Below, one piece after another: positions 62,328 through 64,000 of a DNA stretch of 64,000 bases. The notes beneath the pieces are model-generated. The model had not been told where the DNA came from, made no database searches, and worked only from the letters and a program-made list of their open reading frames with translations. The DNA comes from Polyangia bacterium (lineage in GTDB: Bacteria > Myxococcota_A > Polyangia > Fen-1088). A program made the position numbers and the translations under genes. Numbering within the stretch: the first letter of the stretch is position 1; every line of letters begins with the position of its first letter. Location: positions 662-64,661 of the forward strand of contig DASXOE010000041.1 of the NCBI GenBank assembly GCA_036494575.1, written 5' to 3'.

Positions 62328-62585
62328 ATGCACATCCTGTGGGCACTCATCGTGGGGCTCGTCGTCGGGGCCATCGCCAAGCTCGTCATGCCGGGCCGCG
62401 ATCCGGGCGGCATCGTCGTGACGTCGTTGCTCGGCATCGCCGGTTCGCTCGTCGCTGCCTTGATCGGGCGCGCGCTGGGCATCTACCGCGCCGGCGACGT
62501 CGGCCCAGGCATCATCGCGTCGATCGTGGGAGCGGTCATTCTGCTCGCCATCTATCGGGTCGTCATGCGCCGCAGGCTCGTCTGA
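62328..62585 (+). CDS. GlsB/YeaQ/YmgE-family stress-response membrane protein
   Basis: MHILWALIVGLVVGAIAKLVMPGRDPGGIVVTSLLGIAGSLVAALIGR... is the typical transglycosylase-associated family pattern. Confidence 0.88.
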   Translation: MHILWALIVGLVVGAIAKLVMPGRDPGGIVVTSLLGIAGSLVAALIGRALGIYRAGDVGPGIIASIVGAVILLAIYRVVMRRRLV

Positions 62586-62587
62586 CG

Positions 62588-63478
62588 TCATGAGCGATCG
62601 CCGTGCTTCGCAGCGCGGCGACGCGGCCTTCCCTTGACGTGAGAGCGCTCGCGCGCTTGCGTGCGCGTCGAGGCCGCCGTCCTGCGCGCTGGCGCTGGCC
62701 CCTTGGGGCCCTGCTCGAGCGTGGCCTTGAGGGCCTCCATGAGATCGACGACGCGCGCAGCCTTGGGGCGCGCGGCGCCGGTCTCGATCGTCTCGCCTCG
62801 CTCCTTCTTCTTCACGAGCGCGAGCACGCTCTGCCGAAACGTGTCCTGGTACTCCCGCGGCTTCCACGGCCCCGAGAGCGAAGAGATGAGCTCGGCAGCC
62901 ATCGCCAGCTCACGGGCGCTCACGGTCGTTCGCGCGGGGAGATCAGCGACGGCCTCGGGGCGACGGATCTCGTCGGCGAAGTACATCGTGTGGAGAACGA
63001 GGACTCGTCCGAGCGGCCGGATGCAGGCGACATATTCCTTCGTGCGCATGACGAACCGGCCGACGGCGACGCGGTCCTCCTTGTGCATGGCGTCCCGCAA
63101 GAGGACGTAGGGCTTGCCGGCGGCGGCGCCGTCGGGCGCCGCGTAGTACGCCGCGCCGAAGCTCAGCGGATCGATCTCCGCGAGGCCGACGAACTGCTGG
63201 ATGTCGACCGTGTGCGTCCGCTCAGGCTCGGCGGCGGCGACCTCCTCGTCGGAGAGTACGACGAAGCGGTCCTTCCCGACCGCGAAGCCTTTCTGGATGT
63301 GATCCCACGCCACCTCGTGACCGGAGCCTTCCGCGACGCGCTTGTAGCGGATCCGCTCTCCCGTGCCCTCCTCGAGCTCGTGGAAACCCACGCGATGCGA
63401 TTCGATCGCCGAGACGAGCCTGATGGGAATATTGACGAGCCCGAAGCTGATCGAGCCCGTCCAGATCGGGCGCGGCAT
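62588..63478 (-). CDS. ku: Ku protein (non-homologous end joining)
   Basis: MPRPIWTGSISFGLVNIPIRLVSA, YKRV, FVVLSDEE, and a basic C-terminal tail. Confidence 0.96.
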   Translation of the reverse strand: MPRPIWTGSISFGLVNIPIRLVSAIESHRVGFHELEEGTGERIRYKRVAEGSGHEVAWDHIQKGFAVGKDRFVVLSDEEVAAAEPERTHTVDIQQFVGLAEIDPLSFGAAYYAAPDGAAAGKPYVLLRDAMHKEDRVAVGRFVMRTKEYVACIRPLGRVLVLHTMYFADEIRRPEAVADLPARTTVSARELAMAAELISSLSGPWKPREYQDTFRQSVLALVKKKERGETIETGAARPKAARVVDLMEALKATLEQGPKGPAPARRTAASTRTQARERSHVKGRPRRRAAKHGDRS

Positions 63479-63648
63479 CAGGGCTCCAACACGAACGCGA
63501 TTGCCGAAAGCATGAGCTCGTTCTCCTCCCGAGCAGGGTAAGTCGCGTGCGCCCAGGGGAAAGGTCGCCGCCCACGAAGAGCTGCGTCGGGACGAGGCGT
63601 GTCAGGAGTAACGGCGTTACGACGATGCCGCCGAGCCGGTCCGCAGAT

Positions 63649-63667
63649 GGGGTGGGGTGGGGTTGGG
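63649..63667 (+). other. canonical G-quadruplex motif GGGGTGGGGTGGGGTTGGG
   Basis: Four G-runs (4,4,4,3) with 1/1/2-nt loops, read directly from the sequence. It lies ~170 nt upstream of the Ku start, on the strand that is template for ku. Confidence 0.7.
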
Positions 63668-63760
63668 TGATCACGGGTACCTAACCTTGGGTGCGGGAAT
63701 GACATTGATGCTGTCGGAGGCTACGGCACTAGGTGTTTTCCCTTGGGCCAGGTGAGGGTT

Positions 63761-63779
63761 CCCCCCCCCGGTCGGGGGG
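63761..63779. repeat. C9 homopolymer followed by ggtc and G6 (self-complementary C/G tracts)
   Basis: cccccccccggtcgggggg read directly from the sequence, in the divergent ku/downstream-gene intergenic region. Confidence 0.9.
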
Positions 63780-63814
63780 TCAAGACCCCGCCTTTGACAC
63801 CCGATTAACATGTC

Positions 63815-64000
63815 ATGTCCAACACGATGAAATTCGGATGCGCTACCGCGACTCGGGCCGCGTTCAAGATCAGCGCGTCATTCATCGCGGGTATCGTCCT
63901 CCTCGCCCTCTCCGGTCAGGCGCACGCTGGTGCCGTGCTCGAGCAGAGCAGCTCGGCGACCGGCACGACGAGCGCGGCCCCCGCGTGGTCGACCAAGGCG
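63815..64000 (+). CDS. hypothetical secreted protein, N-terminal fragment (continues beyond the window end)
   Basis: My translation is MSNTMKFGCATATRAAFKISASFIAGIVLLALSGQAHA|GAVLEQSSSATGTTSAAPAWSTKA. The frame stays open to base 64000, and an alternative ATG lies at 63827. Confidence 0.55.
   Translation, partial: MSNTMKFGCATATRAAFKISASFIAGIVLLALSGQAHAGAVLEQSSSATGTTSAAPAWSTKA

Noticed and set aside
61698-62867. N-terminal extension of ORF 61125..62867 (-)
   Set aside because: It overlaps the small anchor-protein gene (a different frame with an SD) and the + strand GlsB/YeaQ gene. The peptidase homology and lipobox begin only at ~61697.
63794-63799. TTGACA hexamer as a sigma-70 -35 box for the gene starting at 63815
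   Set aside because: No acceptable -10 hexamer lies 16-18 nt downstream, and the start codon would be only ~16 nt away. It cannot be supported as a promoter from sequence alone.

Overview
High-GC (about 70% by eye), densely coding chromosomal window with no rRNA, tRNA, CRISPR array, transposase or integrase that I could recognise. The gene content suggests a Myxococcota (Polyangia-like) genome: many lipoproteins with Gly/Ala/Thr-rich linkers, ECF sigma/FecR modules, a poly-HAMP sensor, and a TonB-dependent receptor with a CarboxypepD_reg domain. This taxonomic call is inference only. Layout by region. (1) 1-21.5 kb is a dormancy/desiccation-type neighbourhood. It holds trehalose synthesis (glgX, treY, treZ), GH15 and GDE-type glucosidases, a PA2169-like four-helix protein, hemerythrin, YihY, DoxX, DUF4142, a tiny lmo0937-like membrane protein missing from the ORF track, an RpoH-like sigma factor, transaldolase and pgi. 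(2) 21.8-27 kb is a four-gene outer-membrane operon ending in a TonB_C-fused TonB-dependent receptor. (3) 27-33 kb holds a two-component pair, a B3 metallo-beta-lactamase and an ECF/anti-sigma module. (4) 33.5-46 kb is the most unusual part: an 11-gene, largely start/stop-overlapping locus. It combines ArnA-C-like and ArnC-like sugar activation with MBOAT, two AlgJ/AlgX-like proteins and a SASA/CE6-like esterase, plus beta-propeller, beta-barrel and transglutaminase/TPR lipoproteins. (5) 46-55 kb holds divergent paralogous cytoplasmic histidine kinases, a persulfide dioxygenase-rhodanese fusion, and a second ECF/FecR/secreted-protein module. (6) 55-64 kb holds a B12-radical-SAM enzyme with small neighbours, PP2C, GlsB/YeaQ, Ku, and a second copy of a small signal-peptide/C-terminal-anchor protein coupled to a C39-like cysteine-peptidase lipoprotein. 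The first copy of that pair sits at 13.4-14.3 kb, directly upstream of treY. Most long ORFs in the six-frame track are antisense or read-through artefacts of the high GC content. Start codons were trimmed using homology, third-position GC, SD-like motifs and 4-bp start/stop overlaps, and remain approximate. No database search or computation was possible, so all family assignments come from motif recognition.
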